Origin: Candidatus Eiseniibacteriota bacterium
GTDB taxonomy: Bacteria > Eisenbacteria > RBG-16-71-46
Length of the DNA: 64,000 nt
Direction of reading: 5' to 3'
Assembly (NCBI GenBank): GCA_963744995.1
Contig: CAVUWA010000004.1
Coordinates: forward strand, 387,970 to 451,969
This document shows, one piece after another, positions 28,446 to 37,454 of this stretch (positions within the stretch are counted from its first letter, which is position 1; each line of letters opens with the position of its first letter). The notes under the pieces were generated by a model. It saw only the letters and a program-made list of their open reading frames with translations. It was not told where the DNA came from and searched no databases. Made by a program: the position numbers and the translations under genes.

Positions 28446-29978
28446 CTACCTGATCTCCGAGCCCTCGCCCGCGCCGGAGACGAACGCCCTGGTTTCCAGC
28501 GCAGCGACGCGGGCCTTGCCGATGATCGTAACGAGCGCGGGGTCGTGGAGGTCGCTGAAAGGGCGGCGCTGGACGATGAGGGTCGCCATCTTGCCGTCGA
28601 TCCCGGGCAGCGCTCGGACTTGCTTGAGCGTCGCCGAATTGAGATCGACCAGGTGGTCGGCCGGCGCGGGGCGGTTCACCAGCACGCGATCGAGCGTCGT
28701 GGCCCTGTCCCTATAGCGTTCGGCCGTCTCGCGATCGATCGACTTCCACCCCGGGATCGAGTCCGCGGCGGCGCCGCTCGCCAGCGTGTAGTAGTTGCGC
28801 AGATTCCGCAGCACAGTCGGGTTGTCCGGGGCGAGCCGTGCCGCCCGATGGAGTGACGCTTCCATTTCCGTGGGCCGCGGCGGGACCCGGTCGCGATCGA
28901 CGTCCATCTTGAGCTTGGCGAAGACAGCGAGCTGGAGCGCCTCCGCACTGTAGGGCGCCGATTCCGCCGCCGCCTGCAACAGCTGGATTGCCTCGATGAC
29001 CGGACGCCCCCCGGCGCCCTCGAGGGACATCGCCGCCATCATCTGCCGGGCCACGGCACGCGGGATCGACTCGCCGGGCACGGTGTCGAGGCGCACGTAG
29101 GCGTCGAGCGCCCTGATGGCCGCCCGCTCCGCCGCGTCATGCAGCCGCGGCCAGGGCCCGTCCACCTGCCGGTACCGCAGGAACCCGGAAGCGCCTTCGA
29201 TGAAATGAATCTCCGGGAACCAGTCCTCGAACGAACGCCCGGCGACCGCACCGCCGAGCCGCACGTATCCGCGGCGGCCGTCGCTCGATTCGACATGCGC
29301 CCACCCGTGCCTCGGATCGAGATCGATCACCGAGTAGCCGAACGACCCGTCTCGCCCTGCCTGCGGGTACATGTCGACGCCCGGCGCCTCGTCGTCCGGC
29401 GAGGCGCGCATGTAGCGTCCACGCTCGAAGGCCTCGTGGACGCCGGTGAGGTCCTCGCGTGACAGCGTACGTTTGGCGAAGACCACGGTCTGCGCCGTCA
29501 GCGGCGCCACGAACGTGGTCGAGTCGACGTCGAATCGCAGCGCTTCGAGGGTACCCTTCCGGAAGAAGCGGACGTACGTCTGGATGCGCAGGCCGCCCAG
29601 GTCCTCGTAGAGCGCGCCCCACACCAGCACGAGCGCCTGCCCGTTCTCGAGCATCGGGTCCAGCTTCCCGAGCACCTCGTCGCTCCGGCACTCGTCATCC
29701 GAAGACCGATTGACGAGGCCCGTCGCCCCCACGCCGCTGTACTTGACGATGGCGGCGAGGGTGGCCGACTGAATCAACAGCGGAAGCTCGGCCGCCACTC
29801 TGGCCGCGTCGGGATTGCGGAACCCGCCGGGATCGTATTCGTAGGGCAGCACGATCACGTTGAGTGCGCCGCCACGGAAGATCGTCGGGGTCTCGCACGA
29901 CCCGAAGGGGCGGCCGGCCGTGGCCGCGCGCGGCGCGCACAGCGCCAGCAGCAGGATCCCGGCGAGCGCGCGTGTCAT
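28446..29978 (-). CDS. Secreted protein with TPR-like helices and a C-terminal ComEA-like helix-hairpin-helix domain
   Basis: Signal peptide; C-terminal VDLNSATLKQVRALPGIDGKMATLIVQRRPFSDLHD. Confidence 0.65.
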   Translation of the reverse strand: MTRALAGILLLALCAPRAATAGRPFGSCETPTIFRGGALNVIVLPYEYDPGGFRNPDAARVAAELPLLIQSATLAAIVKYSGVGATGLVNRSSDDECRSDEVLGKLDPMLENGQALVLVWGALYEDLGGLRIQTYVRFFRKGTLEALRFDVDSTTFVAPLTAQTVVFAKRTLSREDLTGVHEAFERGRYMRASPDDEAPGVDMYPQAGRDGSFGYSVIDLDPRHGWAHVESSDGRRGYVRLGGAVAGRSFEDWFPEIHFIEGASGFLRYRQVDGPWPRLHDAAERAAIRALDAYVRLDTVPGESIPRAVARQMMAAMSLEGAGGRPVIEAIQLLQAAAESAPYSAEALQLAVFAKLKMDVDRDRVPPRPTEMEASLHRAARLAPDNPTVLRNLRNYYTLASGAAADSIPGWKSIDRETAERYRDRATTLDRVLVNRPAPADHLVDLNSATLKQVRALPGIDGKMATLIVQRRPFSDLHDPALVTIIGKARVAALETRAFVSGAGEGSEIR

Positions 29979-30763
29979 GGGCAGCTCACCGGGTCGGTCA
30001 GATCGAGCGCTTCGGTGGTGAGCGTCACACCCTCCGCGGCAGCCTGGTCGCGGATCATCGATTCGATCGACGTGACGTAGGCGGTGATGCCTCCGGGGTC
30101 GTTGTCCTTGAGGCGGCAGGCGGCGCCGTTCAAGTAGGCGATGGCCGTGTCGTAGCGCTTCTCGTCGACGGCATGGATGCCGAGCCCCACCAGCGCGTAA
30201 GCGTGGAACAGGGATTCATTGCCCAGCAGGTCGTCGAGGTCGAACGACTCGCCGAAATCGAAGGAACGCGTCGGCGTGCTGAAGAACCCCTGCGGGTGCT
30301 GACCGAACTCCGGAAACGTGCACAGCGGGAAGATCGCCCAGTCGATTTCGACCTCGAGGCTGGATTTGCCCGAGAGCGACACCGCGGAGTCGACCAGCGC
30401 CCACACTTCGATGATCACACCGTTCCCCGCGAGCTCGGAGATCACGCTGCTGCGAAAATCGCTCGACTGGCGCGGGAGTCGCCGGTCGCATTCCACCAGG
30501 GGATTGAGCCCCGCGTTCGGAATCGTGTTCCGCAGACCCTCGAGCTCGAGCCGGATCGCCCTGTGGATCCGCTCGGCCATCTCGCGCGCGGTCCGTCCGG
30601 CATCCGCTTCGTTTCTGGCGGAGAAGCCGTCGAGCACGATCTTCGTGCCGCCGCCGCCGGTGCCCGAGCAGGCGGGCAGCTGCGCGGCGGCGGCATTGGC
30701 CCCGAGTGCGAGGGCCATGCCCGCGGCGCAGACCAGCGCGAAGCGCCGAGCGATCCGACTCAT
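29975..30763 (-). CDS. Secreted hypothetical protein
   Basis: Signal peptide; ATGA overlaps with both neighbours. Confidence 0.65.
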   Translation of the reverse strand: MSRIARRFALVCAAGMALALGANAAAAQLPACSGTGGGGTKIVLDGFSARNEADAGRTAREMAERIHRAIRLELEGLRNTIPNAGLNPLVECDRRLPRQSSDFRSSVISELAGNGVIIEVWALVDSAVSLSGKSSLEVEIDWAIFPLCTFPEFGQHPQGFFSTPTRSFDFGESFDLDDLLGNESLFHAYALVGLGIHAVDEKRYDTAIAYLNGAACRLKDNDPGGITAYVTSIESMIRDQAAAEGVTLTTEALDLTDPVSCP

Positions 30764-31494
30764 CGGGCCTCCAGCGTATCCGAGCCGCCCAGCATCCGGA
30801 TGCCGAGCCGCAGAGCGTCGTGGAGACGATCGAGCTGCGCACGATCGGGCGGCGGATCATTGCGAACCATCAGGCGCAGGTGATCCAGTGCGGTCTGCAT
30901 GCTCTGCGCGCGCACCGGCCCGAGCGCGGCGTGATAGGTCAGCAGCGTCCGCAGCGCGTGCGGATCGCCCATTTCCCCCAGGGTGCGCGACGCGAACGCG
31001 TGCAGCTTCCAGGAATAGAATCCGGTGCGGTTGTCGAGCGCCCGCATCAGCGCGGCGCGCACCGCCTTCGGCTTCTCCATTGCCACGACCCGGAGCCCGG
31101 TCTGCGCAGCGACCGCCTGATTCTCGTTCCCGTCCTGCACGAGCTGCATGAGCGGAATGATGCTGTAGGTGCCGAACGCGGCGAGCGCGACCGCGGCGCC
31201 GGTGTACGTCTCGAGCTCCCCTTCCGGCGCCTGCAGCTGCGTGACCAGGCTCTGCATCTCGGTGACGTTGGCCAGATCGAGCTTCTTCTGCTCGAGGGCG
31301 TTCGACACGCGGTCGGTGAAATAGAAACCGAGTCCCGCGAGGAGGAGAGCCTGGATGAAAGGCATCAGCACGGACGGAGCGGTCCATGCACGAACCGGCG
31401 AGGGGTGCGCGGGCGTTGCACCGTGTGCCGGCTCGGTGTCCGACTTCCGAGATTCCGCGTGCTCCGGGGCGACCATCGAACTTCTCCCTTGCAC
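30760..31494 (-). CDS. Membrane-anchored hypothetical protein with HEAT-like helices
   Basis: One TM segment; ASRTLGEMGDPHALRTL HEAT-like repeat; start uncertain. Confidence 0.6.
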   Translation of the reverse strand: MQGRSSMVAPEHAESRKSDTEPAHGATPAHPSPVRAWTAPSVLMPFIQALLLAGLGFYFTDRVSNALEQKKLDLANVTEMQSLVTQLQAPEGELETYTGAAVALAAFGTYSIIPLMQLVQDGNENQAVAAQTGLRVVAMEKPKAVRAALMRALDNRTGFYSWKLHAFASRTLGEMGDPHALRTLLTYHAALGPVRAQSMQTALDHLRLMVRNDPPPDRAQLDRLHDALRLGIRMLGGSDTLEAR

Positions 31495-31707
31495 GAGCGG
31501 CGCGCCGCAATGGTATCGGCGACCTGCATCACGAGAGAATATCTAGCACAGCTCAGACCCGTCCGCTATAGTCGATTCGCGAAGGTAAGTAGACTGTGGC
31601 GAAGCGCCGCCGCGGCCGGCCCCGGCCCCACTCCTGCAGCCTCACGCTTCCCTGCCCCCTGCCGGCGGCGCGCGACGCATCCGAGTCGAATCGACGAGGA
31701 GGCTCCC

Positions 31708-33408
31708 GTGAGGCGAGCACGCAGGTCCGGGAAGCGCAGCGAAAACGAGGCGATGGTTCGCGGATTCCGTCCCGAGATGCTCGACCGCAGCATCATCGCC
31801 ATTCCTCTTCTGGAGGCCCTGGCCGCGGACCGGTCCGGCGAAGCGAACCCACAGCTCCACGACGTCATCATCGACATCAACCTCGACTTCCACGGCGGGC
31901 GCGAGGCCGCCAAGCGCTGGGTGCGGCGCGAACTCACGTTGCTCGTCGAGGCGAAGCGCCGCGGCCGCGGCCGCAGACCGCGCTCCCGCGCCGGTGCAGA
32001 GACGCCGGGGCGCGGCGTCCTCAAGACCAAGACGCAGGTCAGCCGCCAGTACGTGTTCGCGCGCGTGGCGCGCACTGACATCCTGGACCTGCTGGAGCGC
32101 GACGGCCGGGAGGCGCGCGCGCTCGAAGAGGCGGCGAGCGGGAACGACCGGACGGCCGGGGCGCCGCGCAAGGACTTCTTTCGCATTCACAAGGTCTGGG
32201 TGGACTTCGCCGTGGAGCAGCAACTCACCGAATCCGTGCGGACCGTCAAGTCCGATGCCGCCGAACGCGCGTACGGGGCGAACGGCCGGAACATCGTGTG
32301 GGCCGTCGTCGACTCCGGCATCGACCGCAACCACGTTCACTTCCGGCATCACCGCAACCTCGAACTCGACGCACCCCTCGCCCACGTCGACTTCACCATG
32401 GACGATCTGATGGACCGCGCGGCGGACTTCGAGGACGACGCGCCGCCGGATGAATCGGCGCTCGAAACCGGCAAAGCACTCGAAGACGGAGCCGGCCATG
32501 GCACCCACGTCGCCGGCATCATCGCCGGCGAGTACCGGCCGGAATGGTACGGGGCCGCGGCGGGCAGGGGACCGCAGGTGGCGGCGCGCGAGGTGCAGAA
32601 GGTCCGCACCGGCAGCAAGCAGGTGGAGGAGCGCTTCCGCAGTGCGCGCGCGATTCGGGGGATCGCCCCGGAGTGCAGACTCGTCAGTCTGCGCGTGCTC
32701 GACGACCGCGGCAAAGGAAACGCCAGCAGCCTGATCGCCGCGCTCGAGCACGTGCAGGCGATCAATCAGCACGGGCGCCGGATCCTGATCCAGGGCGTGA
32801 ATCTGAGCGTCGGCTACGGCTTCGATCCGGAGTGGTTCGCCTGCGGGCAGTCGCCGTTGTGCGTCGAGGTGAACCGCCTCGTGCGCTCGGGCGTGGTCGT
32901 CGTCACCGCCGCGGGCAATACGGGCTATGGCTGGGTCGAAACGCGCGAGCGCGAGGTGCGCAGCGCCGGACTCGACCTCACGATCAACGATCCGGGCAAC
33001 GCCGAGATGGCGATCACCGTGGGCTCGACGCACCGCGAGAGTCCGCACCGCTACGGGGTCTCCTACTTCTCGTCGAAGGGGCCGACCGGAGACGGAAGAG
33101 CGAAGCCGGACCTCATCGCGCCGGGAGAGAAGATCGTGTCCTGCGCCGCCGGCAAGCGGATCCCCGAGGGCGAAGACGCCCCCGCCGGCGCCGAAACGCA
33201 CTATTACGTCGAGCAGAGCGGGACCAGCATGGCCGCGCCGCACGTGTCCGGGGCGATCGCGGCGTTCCTGTCGATTCGCCGCGAGTTCATCGCGGAGCCC
33301 GAGAAGGTCAAGCAGATCATGATGGAGAGCGCCACCGATCTGCATCGCGAGCCCAGCTTCCAGGGCCGCGGCGTCGTGGATCTCATGCGCGCCATCCAGT
33401 CCGTGTAG
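31708..33408 (+). CDS. S8 subtilase family serine protease, no signal peptide
   Basis: WAVVDSGID, GHGTHVAGII, AAGN, SGTSMAAPHVSG; GAGGAGG RBS before GTG. Confidence 0.93.
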   Translation: MRRARRSGKRSENEAMVRGFRPEMLDRSIIAIPLLEALAADRSGEANPQLHDVIIDINLDFHGGREAAKRWVRRELTLLVEAKRRGRGRRPRSRAGAETPGRGVLKTKTQVSRQYVFARVARTDILDLLERDGREARALEEAASGNDRTAGAPRKDFFRIHKVWVDFAVEQQLTESVRTVKSDAAERAYGANGRNIVWAVVDSGIDRNHVHFRHHRNLELDAPLAHVDFTMDDLMDRAADFEDDAPPDESALETGKALEDGAGHGTHVAGIIAGEYRPEWYGAAAGRGPQVAAREVQKVRTGSKQVEERFRSARAIRGIAPECRLVSLRVLDDRGKGNASSLIAALEHVQAINQHGRRILIQGVNLSVGYGFDPEWFACGQSPLCVEVNRLVRSGVVVVTAAGNTGYGWVETREREVRSAGLDLTINDPGNAEMAITVGSTHRESPHRYGVSYFSSKGPTGDGRAKPDLIAPGEKIVSCAAGKRIPEGEDAPAGAETHYYVEQSGTSMAAPHVSGAIAAFLSIRREFIAEPEKVKQIMMESATDLHREPSFQGRGVVDLMRAIQSV

Positions 33409-33419
33409 AGGAGGTCGTC

Positions 33420-34784
33420 GTGAGAACCGTTGCGGGATTCGAGGCCTGGCCCCTGTCGGTCAATCGGGACATCCGGTTCGAGGAGCCGAACGAGAAGAAG
33501 GACGCCGTCGAGTTCGCGAAGCGCGAAGGGATCACCGACATGATCGTGATCTCGCATGGCTGGCGGAACGACATCCCCGATGCACAGCGGCTCTACACGG
33601 GCGTCCTGCAGCGGATTCGCGACGAGATGAACCGCCCGGCCGGCGAGCCCGGGGCGGTGCAGGTGCCCCCGGGACGCCGGTACGGGGTGATCGAGGTCTA
33701 CTGGCCCTCGAAGAAATCGGCCGAAGCGGAAAACATTCCAGGCGGGCAGGCTTCGGTGGGTTCGGCCGTGGACGCCATGGTCGACGACTTCGCCGAGCTG
33801 TTCGGTGACGAACATCGCGCCGACATCGCCGCTTTGCGTGAAGCGGGCCGGAAGATGGAGAACGACCCCGCCGCCGGGAAACAATTCCTCGAGACGCTGC
33901 GCAAACTGACGGGCACTCAGACGCAGGGCGACGTCGACGCCGCAGGCCTGTTCGATTCGATGAAGCCGGCAGAGTTCTTCGCAGAGATAGACCGGCCGAG
34001 CGGTCGGATCTCCGACCGTGCACCGGATCCCGATGAAGGCGGAGCGGCCGCCGTCGATGTGGATGAGGTCGAAGAGGATCAGGGAAGCGCGCTGTTCCTG
34101 CGAGGCCTGTTGAAGGGGATCACGGCGAAGCTCAAGGACACGCTCGACATCGCCACCTACTACACGATGAAGGAGCGTTCAGGGCGCGTCGGTGGGGGCC
34201 CGGTGAACGAGGCCCTGCGCGAGCTGGGCCAGCGCGTGCCGGGGATCCGGTTGCACCTGATCGGCCATAGTTTCGGCGGCCGCCTCGTGACGGCGGCGGT
34301 GATGGGCGATCCCGCGACGCACGTGCTCGAGGTGGCGTCGCTGCATCTGCTGCAGGCGGCGTACTCGCACTATGGACTCGCCGCCGACCACGACGTCAAG
34401 GTGCCCGGTGAACAGCCCGGATTCTTTCATCCCATCGTGAAGCTCGCACAGGTCAAGGGCCCGATCCTCGTCACCCACTCCAGGAACGACAAGGCCGTGG
34501 GCATGGCCTACGCAATCGCCTCACGGCTGTCCGGGGTGACCGCCGCCGGCATCGGCGATGCGAAGAGTCCCTACGGCGGCATGGGCCGCAACGGCGCACT
34601 GAGGTCGAATGCCGAGGACCTGAAGCTGGAGATCGTGAGCCACGCCTATCCCTTCACGGCGGGCCGGATCTTCAACCTGAACGGCGACGGCAAGCGCGGG
34701 AAGCCGGGGGTGATCGGCGGCCACAGCGACGTCGAGAAGCCGGAGATCGGCCACGCGATCCTCGCGGGAATGACGGTCCTGTAG
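33420..34784 (+). CDS. Alpha/beta-fold hydrolase
   Basis: ISHGWRND oxyanion motif, GHSFG nucleophile elbow, ND and GGHSD triad candidates; GAGGAGG RBS. Confidence 0.85.
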   Translation: MRTVAGFEAWPLSVNRDIRFEEPNEKKDAVEFAKREGITDMIVISHGWRNDIPDAQRLYTGVLQRIRDEMNRPAGEPGAVQVPPGRRYGVIEVYWPSKKSAEAENIPGGQASVGSAVDAMVDDFAELFGDEHRADIAALREAGRKMENDPAAGKQFLETLRKLTGTQTQGDVDAAGLFDSMKPAEFFAEIDRPSGRISDRAPDPDEGGAAAVDVDEVEEDQGSALFLRGLLKGITAKLKDTLDIATYYTMKERSGRVGGGPVNEALRELGQRVPGIRLHLIGHSFGGRLVTAAVMGDPATHVLEVASLHLLQAAYSHYGLAADHDVKVPGEQPGFFHPIVKLAQVKGPILVTHSRNDKAVGMAYAIASRLSGVTAAGIGDAKSPYGGMGRNGALRSNAEDLKLEIVSHAYPFTAGRIFNLNGDGKRGKPGVIGGHSDVEKPEIGHAILAGMTVL

Positions 34785-34888
34785 CGGCACGCCGCCGGCT
34801 AGCAGGCACGCACGGCCAACTGCTTTTGCAATCCCGGGCCCGCGTGCTCTAATCGCGGCAGGTTCGTACTACTTCTCCGGAGGATTGC

Positions 34889-35167
34889 ATGCCGAGGTTT
34901 CTCGTCGAGGTTCCGCACGAAGCCGACCAGGTCGCCTGCGCCAGAGCGGTCGAGGTCCTGCTCCAGACCGGCTCCCACTACCTGACGAACGCGGACTTCG
35001 GTTGCCTGGATGGCGACCACCGCGCGTGGATCATCGTCGAGTGCGACACCAAGGACGACGCGCGCAACATGCTGCCATCGCTCTATCGGGCCCAGGCGCA
35101 CATCGTCGGCCTGAACAAGTTCTCGCTGGAGCACATCCAGTCGTATCTGAAGAAGCACCAGGGCTAG
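34889..35167 (+). CDS. Small hypothetical protein (dimeric alpha/beta-barrel-like)
   Basis: GGAGG RBS, 92 aa, normal composition. Confidence 0.65.
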   Translation: MPRFLVEVPHEADQVACARAVEVLLQTGSHYLTNADFGCLDGDHRAWIIVECDTKDDARNMLPSLYRAQAHIVGLNKFSLEHIQSYLKKHQG

Positions 35168-35260
35168 GTCGGCCCGCGGATTTGCGGCGATGCGGCCGCC
35201 GTGCGGCTCAGAGGATCTCGCGAAGTCCCGCTCCGCGCCGGGCGAGTGCAGGCTCCGCGT

Positions 35261-36817
35261 TCAGCGCAGCAGCACGAGCCGCAACTGCCGCACGTCGCCC
35301 CGGGACGCAAGCCTGGCGAAATACACCCCCGGTGGCACGCGCAAGCCGTCATCGTCGCGCCCGTTCCAGACGATGGCGTGGTCGCCCGCGCCCGCCGCGC
35401 CGCGATGGAGCGCCCGCACGTGGCGCCCGGCCAGGTCGAGCACATCGAGCCTCACGTCATCGGCGTCCCGCGTGAGGTCGTAGGCGATCGTGGTCGCAGC
35501 GAAGAACGGGTTCGGCCCGGTTGCGCGCAGACCGGGGTGGTCCGGCCCGGCGGGGCCGGCCACCGACGCCGTCGAGTTGCAGCGCAGGGTGGTGATGTAG
35601 TTCATCGTGTCGCCATCGGCATCACCCGTGAAGCCGCCGCCGACCAGCAGGTCTGCTCCCCGCGGGTAGAGCGTGTAGACCGAAGGCGTGCTGACCCAGG
35701 TCAGATTCGGTCCGAGCTGCTCCCAGTCCGTTCCGTTCCAGCGGGCCACCTGCCACTTGTTGAAGCTGGTGCCCGGCTGCTGCAGCCAGCCGCCCGCGAT
35801 CAGCTCGTTGTCCTGCGTCACCGCGAGCGCCCACACCGCGCCGCCGCGCCCGGTGTTCCACGCGGTGCCCATCTCGTGCCAGGTCGATCCGTCCCAGCGC
35901 GCCACGCGCCACGCCGGTGCGCCCCCCGCCGACTCGAAGCTGCCGCCCACGATCAGGTCACCGTTCCATACCGTCATCGCGTACACCCACGGCGGCGCGC
36001 AATCGGCGGTGCCCGTACCGTGGCCGCCGTCCACCCCGCCGCCGACCGGCAGCCAGTCCTGGCCGTCCCAGCGCGCGATGCAGCGCGTCGTGTCGCCCGC
36101 GGCGTTGAGCTCGAACGAACCGCCGGCGTAGAGGTCGCCCTGGTAATCGGTGAGCGTGAAGATCGAGGGCGTGAGCGCCCACTGACAGGTGCCGGGCACG
36201 CTCGCCAGCGTGTCGAAGCCGGCGCCGAGCGCCGCCCACGAAGAACCGTCCCACGCCGCCACGAGCCCGACCGCCTGATCGCCCGCGCGCGTGAACGTGC
36301 CGCCGACGATCAGCGAGTCGCCGCGCACGATCGAGTCGTAGGCGTAGCCGTTCTGGATGTCGCTCGGGCGCTGCAGTCCCAGATCCGCGCCGAGCGGCTG
36401 CCACGCCGCGCCGTCCCAGCGCGCCGCGCGCCACGCGATGTTGGGCCACGCGTACTGGAACTGCCCGAACGCGTAGAGCGAGCCCTGGAACGTGCTCAGC
36501 GAATACACGGTGCTGCTGAACCCGCTCCCCATCGCCGACCAGCTGCTGCCGTCCCAGCGCGCCGCGTCGAGCGCCGATACGCCGCCCGCGCTCGCGAACG
36601 AGCCGCCGGCCACGAGGTCGCCGTCGAGCTCCGCGAAGTCGCGCGCGGCCGAGCCGCCGCTCTGCGAGGCGAGGCCGGGCATGCCGATCACGGGATCGTA
36701 CTCCCAGCTGCAGGTTCCGGCGCGGGCGTCGCGCACAGGTGCGGCGATGCCGGCCGTGAGGAGCAAGGTGCAGGCGGTCAGGACCGCGAAGGCGCGGTGC
36801 CGTTCGGGTGGTTGCAT
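35261..36817 (-). CDS. Secreted beta-propeller repeat protein with FlgD-Ig C-terminal domain
   Basis: Six or seven (L/I)xxGGxF...ARWDGxxWxxLG repeats; VLDLAGRHVRAL...WNGRDDDG...GVYFARL tail. Confidence 0.85.
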   Translation of the reverse strand: MQPPERHRAFAVLTACTLLLTAGIAAPVRDARAGTCSWEYDPVIGMPGLASQSGGSAARDFAELDGDLVAGGSFASAGGVSALDAARWDGSSWSAMGSGFSSTVYSLSTFQGSLYAFGQFQYAWPNIAWRAARWDGAAWQPLGADLGLQRPSDIQNGYAYDSIVRGDSLIVGGTFTRAGDQAVGLVAAWDGSSWAALGAGFDTLASVPGTCQWALTPSIFTLTDYQGDLYAGGSFELNAAGDTTRCIARWDGQDWLPVGGGVDGGHGTGTADCAPPWVYAMTVWNGDLIVGGSFESAGGAPAWRVARWDGSTWHEMGTAWNTGRGGAVWALAVTQDNELIAGGWLQQPGTSFNKWQVARWNGTDWEQLGPNLTWVSTPSVYTLYPRGADLLVGGGFTGDADGDTMNYITTLRCNSTASVAGPAGPDHPGLRATGPNPFFAATTIAYDLTRDADDVRLDVLDLAGRHVRALHRGAAGAGDHAIVWNGRDDDGLRVPPGVYFARLASRGDVRQLRLVLLR

Positions 36818-37009
36818 GGAGGTCCTCCGCGGCCCAGGGAGATGACGACGCTCTCCTTCATACGCGCCATGCAGCCGATTCGCAACCCGGCGCATTCTAT
36901 CGTGTCGCCCCTCCCGGGGTTGCGGGTAAGGCCCGGGACCGCGGCTCAGATCCTCGACGGGGTCATCCCGGGGGTCGGCGCAGCAGAGGAGCGGCCGGCC
37001 GGGCCGAAT

Positions 37010-37410
37010 GGGATCCATGCCCCGCGGTGTGGACCATGCGCACGAGCGCGTGCGCGCCGGAAGCCGTCAGGTGCGCAAAGTGGACCCCCGCCGCCAGTCG
37101 TGCCGCGCGCCAATGGACTTCCCCACGGCCGGCCGGGCGCGTCTCGTGGATCGACTCTCCGGCCCGGCGCCCCGTGACACCGAACACCTCGATGTCGATC
37201 GGCCCCGCCTCGGACAGCTCGAACGCCAGGCGGACATCGTCGCCGACCGGCTGCGGGCCAAGGACGACGAACGTCAGGAGCGGAGGCGCGCCGATCGAAC
37301 GAGCCGAGACGAGGTCCGCGATCGGGCGCCGCCACAGCCCGTCGGTCCGTGATGCGCAGAGCATGTTGCCGATCACCGCGAGGCCCGTGACCGGAACCGG
37401 CAGGGTCTCC
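37010..37410 (-). pseudogene. 5'-truncated remnant paralog of the 46423-47685 gene
   Basis: ETLPVPVTGLAVIGNMLCASRTDGLWRRPIADLVS...QPVGDDVRLAFELSEAGPI matches the last ~130 aa of 46423-47685; no N-terminal part. Confidence 0.75.
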
Positions 37411-37454
37411 TCTGCGGACCTCGTGTGCGACGCCTCGCGACGCGAACGCGGCCC

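Noticed and set aside
30706..34784. 900-aa and 746-aa extended versions of the S8 protease and hydrolase
   Set aside because: The N-terminal extensions overlap other genes; RBS-supported starts are at 31708 and 33420.
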